Source of the DNA: Candidatus Freyarchaeum deiterrae
GTDB taxonomy: Archaea; Asgardarchaeota; Jordiarchaeia; Jordiarchaeales; Jordiarchaeaceae
DNA: 64,000 nucleotides
Assembly (NCBI GenBank): GCA_037305845.1
Contig: CP147778.1
Coordinates: 512,001-576,000 of the forward strand
Reading direction: 5' to 3'
Shown piece by piece: positions 52,532 through 63,802 of this stretch; positions within the stretch are counted from its first letter, which is position 1, and every line of letters begins with the position of its first letter. The translations under genes were made by a program, and so were the position numbers. Under the pieces are notes generated by a model, which was not told the origin of the DNA, did no database searches, and saw only the letters and a program-made list of their open reading frames with translations.

Positions 52532-54314
52532 AGAGGCCCCCGAAGAGCCCGGCGTTTATATCATGAGGGACAGTAAGGGAAAAATTATCTATGTAGGTAA
52601 GGCTCGCAACCTCCGGAACAGGGTTAAATCATACTTTTCTCCCTCGAGAAAACCAGATTCTAAGGATGCCTTAGTTAATAACATTGCGAGTCTGGAGTAC
52701 GTTATCACCAGCGACGAAGCGGAGGCTATGATTCTAGAGTGTGACCTCATTAAGAAGTATCTGCCGAGGTATAACGTTGCGTGGAAGGACTCCAAAACTT
52801 TCCCATATATCAAAGTGACGTTAAACGAGGAGATTCCACGTGTTTTGGTCACCCGTGAATTATTAGATGATGGAGCAAAATATTTTGGACCGTATACTTG
52901 GTTCAAGAAAGTGAAGGAGAATCTGAAGTACATTCGGAAATTGTTTGGCGTTTGCGGCTCTGAGAGTCTCATACAACCGAGTAAAATGAAGAGACCATGC
53001 TTAGAATATCACATATACAACTGTTCAGCCCCCTGCGTTGGAAAAATAAGTAGAGAAGAGTACATGAATAGAGTGGAGCAGCTACTTCTTTTCTTGGCTG
53101 GTGAAAAAGAAGAACTGGTTGAGCAGCTTTACCTGGAGATGGAGAAGGCTTCCCAGGAATTGAGGTTTGAGGAAGCAGCAAAAATCAGGGATCGAATAAA
53201 CGGTGTGGAAAAGGCTATTGGTCGACAGAAATTTTTATCCACGAAGTTTAGGGACACCGATATTATAGGATTAGAGAAGCTTGGCAGGAAAGTGTGTATT
53301 GAACTTCTCTTTCTTCAGAGTGGAAGAATGGTTGAGCGAAAAGAATTTGTTAGAGAGGAAAGGGGAGATGCCACCGATGAGGAGCTGATATCGGGATTCG
53401 TTAAACAGTTCTACATCGGCGCAGAGGTTCTTCCCGAAAAGATAATTGTAGAGAAGGATTTCGAGGATAAGGAACTGGTGCAAAATTGGTTGGAGAAAAA
53501 GAAGGGGGAACCTATTCAGATTCATACTCCGGCTGACGAGGAGGAAGAGAGCCGAGTCAAATACGCGAAAAAAATGGCCACGATGATCTTAAACGAACGG
53601 AAAATGAAGAGCGAACTTGAACGGGAATTAACTCTGGACTCCGTAAGAGACCTACAAAATTTGTTGAAACTAACGGAGCTACCTCTCAGAATAGAGGCTT
53701 TCGATATCTCTAATATTATGGGAGAGGACGCCGTGGGCTCCTTGATTGTTTTTGAGGAAGGAAGGCCGAAAAAAGAGGATTACCGTAGATTCAAGATTGA
53801 AACTGTTAAGGGTCCAGACGACCCAGCCATGATGGGCGAAATTGTTCATCGTAGGTACAGGGGATTATTGGAAAGAGGCGAAACGCCCCCAAACCTTATT
53901 CTTGTGGACGGAGGGAAAGGCCAGCTTAACGCTGCGGTGAATAGCCTTAAAACACTGGGCCTAAGTATTCCAGCTATAGGGTTGGCGAAAAAGTTTGAAG
54001 ACATTTACACGCCAGAAGAGGGTGTACCGATTAGTTTGCCTTCGGATTCGAAAACACTCTTCCTTCTTCAGAGGGTGAGGGATGAAGCTCACCGATTCGC
54101 TCTCAGTTATCATAAGAAGCTTCGAGAGAAGAAACTTAAAGAATCAGTACTGGAATCCATCCCCGGTGTAGGGAGAAAAAGAAGAGATGAACTCTTGAAA
54201 CATTTTGGTTCCCTAGAAAGCCTGAGAAAAGCTACGGTTGAGGAGATAAAGAGTGTGCCGAGCATGAATGAGGAAGTGGCAAAGAGAGTATATGACTATC
54301 TAAGGGAATCGTAA
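52515..54314 (+). CDS. uvrC: Excinuclease ABC subunit C
   Basis: GVY..YVGKA GIY-YIG domain, [18 protein letters not shown] and HhH. Confidence 0.97.
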   Translation: MEQRAKEAPEEPGVYIMRDSKGKIIYVGKARNLRNRVKSYFSPSRKPDSKDALVNNIASLEYVITSDEAEAMILECDLIKKYLPRYNVAWKDSKTFPYIKVTLNEEIPRVLVTRELLDDGAKYFGPYTWFKKVKENLKYIRKLFGVCGSESLIQPSKMKRPCLEYHIYNCSAPCVGKISREEYMNRVEQLLLFLAGEKEELVEQLYLEMEKASQELRFEEAAKIRDRINGVEKAIGRQKFLSTKFRDTDIIGLEKLGRKVCIELLFLQSGRMVERKEFVREERGDATDEELISGFVKQFYIGAEVLPEKIIVEKDFEDKELVQNWLEKKKGEPIQIHTPADEEEESRVKYAKKMATMILNERKMKSELERELTLDSVRDLQNLLKLTELPLRIEAFDISNIMGEDAVGSLIVFEEGRPKKEDYRRFKIETVKGPDDPAMMGEIVHRRYRGLLERGETPPNLILVDGGKGQLNAAVNSLKTLGLSIPAIGLAKKFEDIYTPEEGVPISLPSDSKTLFLLQRVRDEAHRFALSYHKKLREKKLKESVLESIPGVGRKRRDELLKHFGSLESLRKATVEEIKSVPSMNEEVAKRVYDYLRES

Positions 54315-54450
54315 CTTTTGAGCGTAATGCTTTTGATTCTGATTGTGGAGCCTTCTAGTCGGCTTATTGTTCAGCAAGTTTTTTAGAATATAATTAGTTT
54401 TTTATTAACACCTCTTTGCTGAAAACCTTAATAACTCTCTAGTTTCATAT

Positions 54451-55002
54451 TTGTTAGTAAGATGTCATTGCTTGAAGAGGTGGCCAAGTTTGGCTGAAAA
54501 TGACAAGAGAGAGGAACTTAAAAAAACTCTCCGAAAAGCGGTAGCTCTTCTCGGAGATATTTCCGAAAAAATCGATGAAGTGACCTCAGCGCTCTCTTTC
54601 GCGCTCAGTATTGTAGGATACCGAGAAGGAGCGTCAATTCCAGAGGGAGTTGTAGTGGCTGGGGCGAAAGGTTCTCCGCCGGTTCCTATAACCTTTAAGA
54701 AAAAGGAAGACAGGGTAGCCGAAGTTTCGAAGGTAGTCGCACGTCCCGTAGACAGTAGATTCAAAACCCTGGAGGAATTAGTACCGGAAGGAACTCACAT
54801 CAAGGCGATGGTTTCAGAACTAGACGAGGTTAGAGATTGGATAATGGGAATCTCCCCGACGCAATCAACAGTAATGTATCAAATAAACCAGTGGAGCAGA
54901 ATACTCAAAAACTATCCCTACCAAAAACTGACAGAACGAGACGGGGGAGAGCTAATGTTCTCTATACATGAGTGGAAAACACGTTTATCAAAGATGAGTT
55001 AA
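54451..55002 (+). CDS. Hypothetical protein (start probably TTG near 54490)
   Basis: GAGGTGG RBS before TTG; helical N- and C-domains joined by a linker. Confidence 0.65.
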   Translation: MLVRCHCLKRWPSLAENDKREELKKTLRKAVALLGDISEKIDEVTSALSFALSIVGYREGASIPEGVVVAGAKGSPPVPITFKKKEDRVAEVSKVVARPVDSRFKTLEELVPEGTHIKAMVSELDEVRDWIMGISPTQSTVMYQINQWSRILKNYPYQKLTERDGGELMFSIHEWKTRLSKMS

Positions 55003-55127
55003 CTGGTATCCCCACTTACTTTCTTCTAATTACTCACTAAATTAGTAATGTTTTGAATATTTTTGATATAACTTTCTACTCTTTTTATAATAAAATACTC
55101 CGATCTCCAAGCTCTTTCTATCTTATT

Positions 55128-56843
55128 TCAATGAGTATGATTTTTCATTTCCTGTTCTCTGAGCAATTTTCGGTGAACTTTTCCAATTGGCGTTCTCGGA
55201 ATCTTATCAGTGAATTCCACTATTCGGGGCCATTTGTAACCAGCCATCTCGTTCTTAGCCCAATCCTTTAGTTCATTCTCCGTGATTTTACCTTTATACT
55301 CCTCCTTTACAACCACAAACGCTTTGATCGTTTCCCCTATCTCTGGTTCCGGCACGCCTACCACGGCGCACTCGAAAACCGCCGAGTGTTGATACAGTTT
55401 GTCTTCAACCTCGTCGGGTAACACTTTGTAACCTTTATACTTTATCATGTCGCTTTGTCTACCAACTATGTAGAAGTAGCCCTTCTCATCCATGTAAGCC
55501 AAGTCACTTGTATGGAGCCAGCCGTCCTCAAGGGTTTCCTCGGTTTTTTCTGGTTTTTTCCAGTACCCTTTCATCACCTGGGGGCCCTTCACCATTAACT
55601 CGCCGACTTCTCCGGTTGGGAGTTCTTTAGATCTAGTGTCCACATCTACAATCTTAACGTCGGTATCAATTACGGGTATGCCTATGCTCAATCCTTTCTT
55701 GGAAAGCCATGTAGGGTTCATATGTGTAGCGGGACTCGCCTCGCTGAGACCATAGGCCTGTCCCACATCCGAACCTACAATTTCCTTCCATTTCTTAATG
55801 AGCTCCTCGGGTATTGGAGCTGTACCCGAAATTACTCTATAAAGGGACGACAAATCATACTTTTGAAAATTAGGGTCATTAATCAAGAACTGGAACATTA
55901 GCGGAATGCCAATAAAATTTTCGGTTCGGTACATCTCTACGGCTTTCATTACTTGTTCTGGGTCAAAGCCGGTGTAGAGAATCATCATAGCTCTTTGCGC
56001 TATATATAGTTGAACTTGGCTAAAACCAAATATGTGACACATCGGCAGTACTGTTATACAGGATATTCTACCTTCTTCTTGTGGTGAGTTGGGTTCAATT
56101 CCAATGAGTTGGTATACGTTTGAGACTATGTTGTAATGAGTTTGCATTACTCCTTTCGGTAGTCCTGTGGTTCCCCCTGTGTACATTATAACGCATAAGT
56201 CTTCTTTAGGGTTTATTTCCACTTCGGGAGGTTTCGCTGGATATTTTTCCATTAATTCCTTTAGACTTGTGGTGCCAGGTCTTTTTTCTCCGCAGACGAT
56301 TATGTTTTCTATTTCAATCTTTTCTCTTACCTTTTCTATATTTGGATAGAGTGAGGAGCTGCAGATCAACGTGTCCATGATGCCACTGTCGTTAACGATG
56401 TACTCAATGTCTGATGGTTTGAGCATGGGGTTGATTGGAATCGCAACGGCTCCGTTCTGGCTGATTCCATAAACCGAGAATATGAATTCTGGGGAGTTGG
56501 TCATGTAAATACCAACGCCTCTACTCTTCTCCACACCCATATCTGCTAATCCCGCCGCTATTGTGTCGCTCCAGTGCATTAGTTCCCTGTAAGTGTATTT
56601 CTTTTCCTCCGGCACAAAGTATATTGCCAGATTATGTGGGTATTTCCGTGCCGCTTCTCGACCGATGTAGTGTATTGGTATCTCAGGATACTTTATGGTT
56701 TTAGGAACGCCCTTTGGGTGTAACTTTTCCCAGAGGCGGTTGGGTCTCACCCAGGGGCTCTGGTTCTTAAAGTCGTAATCTACTTTGTAATAGGGTTTTT
56801 CTTCTATCAACCTGAATCCACCCCTAAAAAGTAACATCTTCAA
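55128..56843 (-). CDS. fadD: Long-chain fatty acid--CoA ligase
   Basis: YTGGTTGLPKG, YGLSEASP and PRTPIGK. Confidence 0.9.
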   Translation of the reverse strand: MKMLLFRGGFRLIEEKPYYKVDYDFKNQSPWVRPNRLWEKLHPKGVPKTIKYPEIPIHYIGREAARKYPHNLAIYFVPEEKKYTYRELMHWSDTIAAGLADMGVEKSRGVGIYMTNSPEFIFSVYGISQNGAVAIPINPMLKPSDIEYIVNDSGIMDTLICSSSLYPNIEKVREKIEIENIIVCGEKRPGTTSLKELMEKYPAKPPEVEINPKEDLCVIMYTGGTTGLPKGVMQTHYNIVSNVYQLIGIEPNSPQEEGRISCITVLPMCHIFGFSQVQLYIAQRAMMILYTGFDPEQVMKAVEMYRTENFIGIPLMFQFLINDPNFQKYDLSSLYRVISGTAPIPEELIKKWKEIVGSDVGQAYGLSEASPATHMNPTWLSKKGLSIGIPVIDTDVKIVDVDTRSKELPTGEVGELMVKGPQVMKGYWKKPEKTEETLEDGWLHTSDLAYMDEKGYFYIVGRQSDMIKYKGYKVLPDEVEDKLYQHSAVFECAVVGVPEPEIGETIKAFVVVKEEYKGKITENELKDWAKNEMAGYKWPRIVEFTDKIPRTPIGKVHRKLLREQEMKNHTH

Positions 56844-57026
56844 AGTTGAACTACTGATATGTTCATAAGTCGTATTTAAATTTGATTATTTTTATTATAA
56901 ACGAGCAAAGAGTAGGGGAAATGAAATGAGTTTAATAGGAGTTTATGGCTACCTTTCTGAGATTTTTATGAATCTTTGTATATTTTTAAAATGATGATGT
57001 TTTCTGGCCTTGATTATTTTTAAAAC

Positions 57027-57680
57027 TCACTTATTTTTGTATCCGATAATTTTTTTTTCGGAGTACAATTTCTTTAGTCCTTTGTAGACTTCTGTTCCTT
57101 TTTTGATTGTTTCGAGGTCTTCCTCATTCACTTTTCGGACGAGCTTTGCAGGTAATCCTATTATTTCGGATTTGGGTGGAAACTTTTTGTTGTAGGGTAC
57201 GAAGGTGTTCGCTCCGACGATGCTGTATTCTCCGATTTCAGAGTTGGTCATCACGGTAGAGTTCATTCCTATCATTGCATTGTTTCTGATTTTGCAGCCC
57301 CGGACTACGGCTCCATGCCCGATTGTAACGTTGTCGCCTATTTCGGTTTCCACAGTCATGTCACTGTGTATGACTGTGTTGTCTTGTATGTTGGTGTTTT
57401 TACCTATAGTGATTTTTCCTTCGTCTCCTCGGATTACGGCATTGAACCAGACGCTTGAACCCTCCCCTATTTCTACGTCTCCATAAATTTGCGCTCCTTC
57501 GGCGACGAAAACGGATTCGTGAACTTTCGGTTTAAGTATTTCTACCTTTTTGTCATTTGGCATTTTTCTTATACCCTCCATGGAGTCATATTTTTTATTT
57601 AGGGTATCTATTTTTTGCTTTTCTCTGTCGAACTGATTATTGGTTTTGTGGGGGTTTACGTTTCTTCCAATGTTTACCAT
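57027..57680 (-). CDS. Gamma carbonic anhydrase family (left-handed beta-helix); start probably near 57564
   Basis: SVWFNAVIRGD, NIQD..VIH, TIGH and hexapeptide repeats. Confidence 0.9.
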   Translation of the reverse strand: MVNIGRNVNPHKTNNQFDREKQKIDTLNKKYDSMEGIRKMPNDKKVEILKPKVHESVFVAEGAQIYGDVEIGEGSSVWFNAVIRGDEGKITIGKNTNIQDNTVIHSDMTVETEIGDNVTIGHGAVVRGCKIRNNAMIGMNSTVMTNSEIGEYSIVGANTFVPYNKKFPPKSEIIGLPAKLVRKVNEEDLETIKKGTEVYKGLKKLYSEKKIIGYKNK

Positions 57681-57772
57681 TGAGAAAAACTATTGCATAT
57701 TAAATCTATTTCCAAATAAGAGTTAAGAAGCCTTAAAGCAAAAATTATGGACAAATAAGCCATCAGTTTTGA

Positions 57773-59059
57773 TTATGAATCTTCGGGCGGAATCTTTTCT
57801 CTTCGGGTCTTTCTAGACACGTTTTGAACCTTTTCAGGTTTTTCCAGGCGCATTTCGGGGAGCTTTTGCCTACCCACGTATATGATTAGAGGTATTGTCA
57901 GCAGTATTATCAGTATGCTTATTATGGTAACGATTTGGAAGCCTGAAAACTTGTTGGTAGCCCAACCTTCAAACACGGGAGCCAGTAAGTAGGGTGCTAG
58001 AGCATACCCAAAGTATCTAGCGCTATTGAAAAGTGATGAGCCAGCCCCCCTCAATTTGGGCGTGAGCTCCACTGAGAACGCCGTTAAAGGCAACCAAAAC
58101 ATGTTACTTGCGACCCCGTATATCGCGTTTGAAATCAGGAACGTCAAAAATCCTTGCGATAAGAAAAGCAAAAACAGTGAAAACACACTTACAGCAAGTC
58201 CCACATAGGCTATTTTCCTTCTTCCCCATCTATCGGTTATATATCCGAATAACGGAGCTAAGAAAATAACAACAGCACCCGCAATGGAGAGAATTATACC
58301 TATGGATTCAGAGTTTAGGTATAAAGGTGGCTGTGACAGTGTCTCTGAGAGAAATGATTGTACACCTACAAATCCTAGGAAACCGAGAAACCCAGCAGCA
58401 CTAAGTGCCAACACACCTTTTGAAGAGCCAACCTCTTTCAATTCCGCAAAAACATGTTTGATGAGGTGTATATCGATTTCCTTAGGCTCATTAACATTTC
58501 CGAGGACGAACCAGATAAGAACAAGTGAGAGAAACGCCATGCCGCTCAACATAAAGTAGATATCCCACCACTCGTTAGCCAAAAAACCAGCGAGCAGGGG
58601 ACCAAGGGCAGTTCCTCCAGCAAGTACCGATGAGTAGACCCCTATTACCTTTCCTCGATACTCGATTTTTGTAAGATCCCCAATAGCCGCGGGTAAAACT
58701 GGTCCTATGAAAGCGAAGCCTATTCCACAGAGAAATCTTGCTCCCAGAAATACCCAGATATTAAAGTGTGGACTGAAACCGATTATCATCAAACCTATTC
58801 CGTAGATTAAGAAGCCCCAAGCCAAAACAGGCCTCCTGCCATAAACATCAGACATGGTTCCCGTGAAAAGCTGAAAGAACGCGAAAGGAGCCATCAAAGC
58901 AGTTATAGCGAGCAAAACCGTACCCACGTCTGCATTAAAAGTAGACATCAATGTTGGTACCAAAGCCAACACCGTGTTAGCGGACAAAGGACCCACGAAT
59001 CCCACGATGTAAAGCACCAAGAGCTTAGAGTTAGCATAACGAGACCGGACACTAGTCAC
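57773..59059 (-). CDS. MFS transporter (DHA1-like)
   Basis: GxxSDxYGRR and DRWGRR motif A; about 12 TM segments. Confidence 0.9.
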   Translation of the reverse strand: MTSVRSRYANSKLLVLYIVGFVGPLSANTVLALVPTLMSTFNADVGTVLLAITALMAPFAFFQLFTGTMSDVYGRRPVLAWGFLIYGIGLMIIGFSPHFNIWVFLGARFLCGIGFAFIGPVLPAAIGDLTKIEYRGKVIGVYSSVLAGGTALGPLLAGFLANEWWDIYFMLSGMAFLSLVLIWFVLGNVNEPKEIDIHLIKHVFAELKEVGSSKGVLALSAAGFLGFLGFVGVQSFLSETLSQPPLYLNSESIGIILSIAGAVVIFLAPLFGYITDRWGRRKIAYVGLAVSVFSLFLLFLSQGFLTFLISNAIYGVASNMFWLPLTAFSVELTPKLRGAGSSLFNSARYFGYALAPYLLAPVFEGWATNKFSGFQIVTIISILIILLTIPLIIYVGRQKLPEMRLEKPEKVQNVSRKTRREKIPPEDS

Positions 59060-59325
59060 TAATCACACATTCCTAAATATTTGCTTTTCACATTAAACAG
59101 AAACAAGAATATTAATATTTCTATCTTCGGATAATCCAAATCTTAACTTTTATCTCCATAGCTCATAAATCATCCACTGTGGGAGGGTACTCCCCTCCCG
59201 AGAGACGGGATCCTTTAACCTCTTCAGAATTTCTTTAATCTTATCCGAGCTCAGAGCGCCTCTTCAACAATTGTACCATAAAGACTTCATTATAATCATA
59301 TTTTTGAAATTTAGGCTGGATTAAA

Positions 59326-60108
59326 TTACTTTTTTCTGCTCCTCTTTTCCATATAACTTGTAAAGAGTTTTCCAATATCCTCTGTTCTTAAACATATATC
59401 CTGAGCAAGTACGGTGTACTCGAGTACAGTTTCCATGTCTACTTCTAGGGATTTGTTCGCGATTTTTTTGGCGAGGCCGATTGCAATTAGGCCGTTGTCC
59501 TTGATTTCGTTCGCCATCTCAGTGGCTGTGTCCATAAGTTTTCCCGCGGGGACAATCTTGTTCACTAATCCTATTTTCTCAGCTTCCGCTGCGTCTATAA
59601 GTCTGCCAGTGAATATGAGTTCTTTCGCTCTTCCAAGTCCAACTATTCTGGGGAGCCTCTGAGCCCCTCCAAGGTCTGGTACGATGCCGAAGCAAACCTC
59701 GGGGATACCCATCCTAGAATTATCCGCTGCTATCCGAATGTCACAACAGAGTGCTATTTCCAATCCGCCACCGATAGCTGCACCATTGATAGCCGCTATG
59801 ACTGGTTTCTCAATGTTCTCAAGCAGGCTCCAGCCCATCTGGAACTTTCTCAACATATCCCTGAAACTGGAGGAAGATGCCCCACCGAGAGCTCCCAGTG
59901 CAGTGAAATCTATACCTGCTGAGAAAACAATTCCTGCACCGGTCACAATAACAACTTTAACCTCACTATCGTCTGATACAATTCTTGCAGCTTCTCCAAT
60001 CTCACCGAACATTTCATTGTTTATAGCATTTTTTTTCTCAGGTCTGTTAAGAATAATTTTCCCTATGCCGTCTTCCTTCTCAATCAAAATAGTTTCCAGT
60101 TCCTTCAC
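59326..60108 (-). CDS. Enoyl-CoA hydratase/isomerase
   Basis: FSAGIDF, GGGLE and PE (both catalytic Glu present). Confidence 0.92.
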   Translation of the reverse strand: MKELETILIEKEDGIGKIILNRPEKKNAINNEMFGEIGEAARIVSDDSEVKVVIVTGAGIVFSAGIDFTALGALGGASSSSFRDMLRKFQMGWSLLENIEKPVIAAINGAAIGGGLEIALCCDIRIAADNSRMGIPEVCFGIVPDLGGAQRLPRIVGLGRAKELIFTGRLIDAAEAEKIGLVNKIVPAGKLMDTATEMANEIKDNGLIAIGLAKKIANKSLEVDMETVLEYTVLAQDICLRTEDIGKLFTSYMEKRSRKK

Positions 60109-60202
60109 AAAATTCCTCCTAAACAGTTTAGAAATATCTCTCTATGTTGCATAACATCTTGTTACTAACCTATTTTTATAACCATATTTGCCTAGTAAAG
60201 TT

Positions 60203-60724
60203 TTACAATGCAAAGTCTTCTCTATCAAAGATGGATTCAAGCTTAATGCCGTAGGACGCTAGTCTCTCACTGGCTCCTTCTAGTAAGTCAACTATGGTTA
60301 CTGCGTGCTCTACTACGCATCCAGCCTCTCTCACAGTTTTAGCCACGTTAAGAAGTGATTCTCCACTTGTCGCTACATCGTCTACAAGAACAGCCCTTTT
60401 TCCAAGGTTGCCCTCGATCTGCTCCCTTAATCCGTACTTAGGGACTTGTTTTCGGACGAAGAAACCGGGAATTCCTCCTAGCGCGCATATTGCCGAAATT
60501 AGAGGAAGCGAGCTATCCTCAGTTCCCCCCACGCAGTCTGCATTATACTGCTTAATTTTAGGCAACATAGTCTCAGCAATCAGTTTACATCCCGTTGGAT
60601 CGAGAGCTATGGGTCTTATGTTGAAGTAAAAGTTGCTCATGCGTGTACTCGAAAGAATTATGGGTTTACCCCTTACAACTCCTTTCTCAATAATTAAACG
60701 CTTAAGCTCATCTCTAGATGACAA
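60203..60724 (-). CDS. pyrE: Orotate phosphoribosyltransferase-like
   Basis: LSS...S.FY, VRK and LVDDVATSG PRPP motif. Confidence 0.8.
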   Translation of the reverse strand: MSSRDELKRLIIEKGVVRGKPIILSSTRMSNFYFNIRPIALDPTGCKLIAETMLPKIKQYNADCVGGTEDSSLPLISAICALGGIPGFFVRKQVPKYGLREQIEGNLGKRAVLVDDVATSGESLLNVAKTVREAGCVVEHAVTIVDLLEGASERLASYGIKLESIFDREDFAL

Positions 60725-61047
60725 GTAATCGCCTCAGAAAGACTAAGACTATCTTTTTATCAAGAGGTTTCACTTCAAACTTAAAAACTTTCCACCCAAA
60801 AAAGGAGATATCATTTACAAAGATTCGCAATAGCGTTCCATTCCTTTAAGATTGAAATGCATCGCAAGGAAGTTATTAAAAAAAAGGGAAAAAAGAAATC
60901 GTTTTTTTTATTTTCATTTGAACTTCGGTTGTTCTCTTTTCCAGAAAGGCTGATTAGTACTGAGCTTATGAAGTCCAGCCTCTTGAGTTGGTTAAATGTT
61001 AACCAATAGAGGGGAGGTTCACTCTTATGGATGATATGTTTGTACGT

Positions 61048-62259
61048 CTAACCAGCACCGACTTTAGCGCCATATTCGAAGAATCCTTTACCGGCCTTAA
61101 CGCCAGTCTTCCCTTCGCTAACCATTTTTGTCAGTAACTCGTCCGGCTTATAGTAGTCGCCGTATTTGGCTTGCTTATCCTTGAGAATCTTCACTATTTT
61201 GTCTATTCCCCACGCGTCAGCCATTTCGCAGAGACCCTTTGGGTAGCCTAATCCCAGTTTAACTCCTGTATCTATGTCCTTTGGGTCAGCTACATCGTTT
61301 CTAATAAGCCATGTCGCCGCGTTAACTACCGGGGCGAAGATCGTTATGGGATCGAACTTGTCTCCTACACCTTTCGGAATTGTAGGGCGTCCCTTGCTCC
61401 AGTCGTAGAACCCCTTTCCAGTTTTTTGCCCGTACTCTTTTTTACTAGCTTTTTCCGCGAATAGTTTCTCTGGTCCTGCAGCCTTTGGATCTCTTTTCTT
61501 TGCTCCTTCTCCAGCTTTCACTATAGTGTCTATGCCGTTGTAGTCAGCTAATAGGAATGCGCCCATAGGTAATCCGATCTTGTAAGCTAGAGCGGAGTCG
61601 ATTTCCTCCACTTTTGCTTCGCCTCTCTCCACTGTTCTGGCGGCTTCGACAAATAGTGGTCCCACTAGTCGGTTGACTATGAATCCGGGAACATCTTTTC
61701 TGCACATGACTACTTGTTTGCCCATCTTCTTCGACATTTCCTCTGTGGTCTGGGCGGTTTCGTTGTCTGTTTTTTTTCCTCTGATTATTTCTACAAGGGG
61801 CATGAGTGGCGGAGGGTTGAAGAAGTGCATTCCGATAACCCTTTCGGGTTTGCTTGTCGCACTCGCGATGTCCGATATGGGAAGAGTGCTGGTGTTTGTT
61901 GCCAATATTGCGCGCTTGGGTGCCTTTGTATCAAGTTCTTTGAATATCTGTTTTTTGAGATCCATGACCTCTGGTATGGCTTCTACAATAAAGTCCGCAT
62001 CTTTAACAGCCTTATCGAAGTCCACGACACCCTTCAATTTCGACCAAGCTTTATCCGCCATCTCCTGGCTGATTCTTTTCTTTTCAGCAAATTTATCCAA
62101 GCTACTTTTAATATTAGCCATTCCTTTATCGACAAGTTCCTGATTTATGTCCCTGAGAACAGTTTCATAGCCGGCTAAAGCAGCGAGCTCTGCTATACCA
62201 TGACCCATGATGCCAGCGCCTAGCACGGCCACTTTTTTGACTTCACTTATTTTTACCAT
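61048..62259 (-). CDS. 3-hydroxyacyl-CoA dehydrogenase with duplicated C-terminal domain
   Basis: GAGIMG, ATNTS, GMHFFNP and two GxKxGKGF motifs. Confidence 0.92.
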   Translation of the reverse strand: MVKISEVKKVAVLGAGIMGHGIAELAALAGYETVLRDINQELVDKGMANIKSSLDKFAEKKRISQEMADKAWSKLKGVVDFDKAVKDADFIVEAIPEVMDLKKQIFKELDTKAPKRAILATNTSTLPISDIASATSKPERVIGMHFFNPPPLMPLVEIIRGKKTDNETAQTTEEMSKKMGKQVVMCRKDVPGFIVNRLVGPLFVEAARTVERGEAKVEEIDSALAYKIGLPMGAFLLADYNGIDTIVKAGEGAKKRDPKAAGPEKLFAEKASKKEYGQKTGKGFYDWSKGRPTIPKGVGDKFDPITIFAPVVNAATWLIRNDVADPKDIDTGVKLGLGYPKGLCEMADAWGIDKIVKILKDKQAKYGDYYKPDELLTKMVSEGKTGVKAGKGFFEYGAKVGAG

Positions 62260-62625
62260 TTTAATTCTCCCCTAAAATTATTTGAAACTAAGAGTTAACC
62301 TTACTATAAAGCTTTTCACTAAAAATAGTTTTCCTAGATCCTTTGTTTCATCTTTTTATACATTAGTTTTGCTAGGTTGAAGTTTGATAAAGTCTCATAT
62401 TCAGATTTTTGTTTGTTCTTGTTCAGTCATATGTTTTTGAATTACCAGTACACTGCTTATTAATGGTTTATTTGATACTTCAACAATTTGTCGGTACGGA
62501 GAGGGAGCTGAAATTTCTAGAGGAAAGGTTTTCCTCGGGCGATCTGAGGCTGCTGTGGTTTACTGCATTTTTCTCTAAAGGTTTATAATTGTTGCATTCT
62601 AGTGGTATAGTGTGAGAGTGTTGTT

Positions 62626-63134
62626 ATGGGTGTTGGCAGGGTTTCCGCGGAGTACCGAAGACTTTTGGAGGACTATGTTTCGAATATTCTTTTACACTTT
62701 GGGGACCGGTTGAGGTCTGTGTGTCTTTTCGGCTCCGTTGCCTGAGGGGAGGCCACTCCTGAGAGTGCCATTGATGTTCTTGTTGTTGCCGATGACCTTC
62801 CAAGAGATGTGGGTTTAAGGACGAGGGAAACGAATTGGATTCATATGAAGCTAAGAGAGATGGAATCCTATCACTCACTAAAAAACTTGGGAGAAATTGC
62901 TTAATTTCGGACATCTTCCTCACCCCTCAAGAGGTGGAAAAGCATCCACCTATACTCTTAGACATGATAGATGACGGAGTACTCCTCTACGATAGAGATA
63001 GCTTCCTCGAGAACGCTCTGAAAAAACTATCTGAAAGACTGAGGGAGCTGGGAGCGAGGAGAGTTAAGACGGAAAAGGGTCACTATTGGATTCTCAAGCC
63101 TGACGCTAAGCCGTCAGAGGTGGTAAAGATTTGA
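62626..63134 (+). pseudogene. Inactivated minimal nucleotidyltransferase (MNT antitoxin)
   Basis: LFGSVA*GEATPESAIDVL, with in-frame TGA at 62743, D>A in SDID, and a frameshift near 62890. Confidence 0.85.
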
Positions 63135-63547
63135 GAAATACGAAAATGGCTTCCGATCATATTTTCAGAGCGCAGAGATGCTTAAGGGAAGCTGAACTAG
63201 CCCTGAAGGAGAAAGACTACGCGGGAGCGGTTAGAAGATCGCAGGAAGCTCTAGAACTAGCAGTAAAAACCATCTTGAGGTACATTACAGTTGAGTATCC
63301 GAGAGAGTACGATGTTAGCGGTGTTCTCGCACAGGTTGAAGACAGGTTGCCCAACTATCTGAGAGAAAGACTCCAAGACATTATAGAACTTTCAGCAGAG
63401 CTAGCTAGGGTTAGGGGACCTGCACTCTACGGTTACGAAATAGAGGGAATACCTGCCAGAGACACCTTTGGAAGAGACTATGCAGAAAACACTTACCACA
63501 AGGTCAAGGAGTCGTGGGCCTCTGCACCGAATTTCTTAAACCAGTAA
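63131..63547 (+). CDS. HEPN-domain protein (probably decaying)
   Basis: SQEALELAVKxxL and RxxxxYG; PREYDV lacks the usual His; probable 3' frameshift. Confidence 0.8.
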   Translation: MRNTKMASDHIFRAQRCLREAELALKEKDYAGAVRRSQEALELAVKTILRYITVEYPREYDVSGVLAQVEDRLPNYLRERLQDIIELSAELARVRGPALYGYEIEGIPARDTFGRDYAENTYHKVKESWASAPNFLNQ

Positions 63548-63802
63548 AAAATCTTTCAGGTAGTTAATCCGCCCCAACAACCACTTCAAGTTTTGACACC
63601 ACGTGGCTCCATAAAGATCCCGAGTCAACTTCCACATCAGGTTTGCCTAAAGCGAAGGGAACATCAATCTCAACTATTTTCTCTAGAGCGGCTTCAAACA
63701 TCTTTCTAGCTACTTCAGCTTCCTGTCATTGAAATTCAAAAGCTTCTTTATGTGGGAATTTTTATATAGTGGGAGGTGGGATTAATTCTTTGGTGTGCAT
63801 AT

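Noticed and set aside
60947-60985. Hammerhead ribozyme or C/D box RNA
   Set aside because: CTGATTA does not match CUGANGA, and there is no properly placed C/D box pair.
1580-62178. Many 60-170-aa ORFs antisense to or nested within long genes
   Set aside because: Shadow ORFs of well-supported CDSs with no motifs of their own.
62743-62745. In-frame TGA as possible selenocysteine
   Set aside because: It aligns to Arg (GSxARG), not Cys, and the gene has other lesions.
63563-63725. Minus-strand coding-like fragment (EAEVARKMFEAALEKIVE...)
   Set aside because: No clear start or recognisable family.
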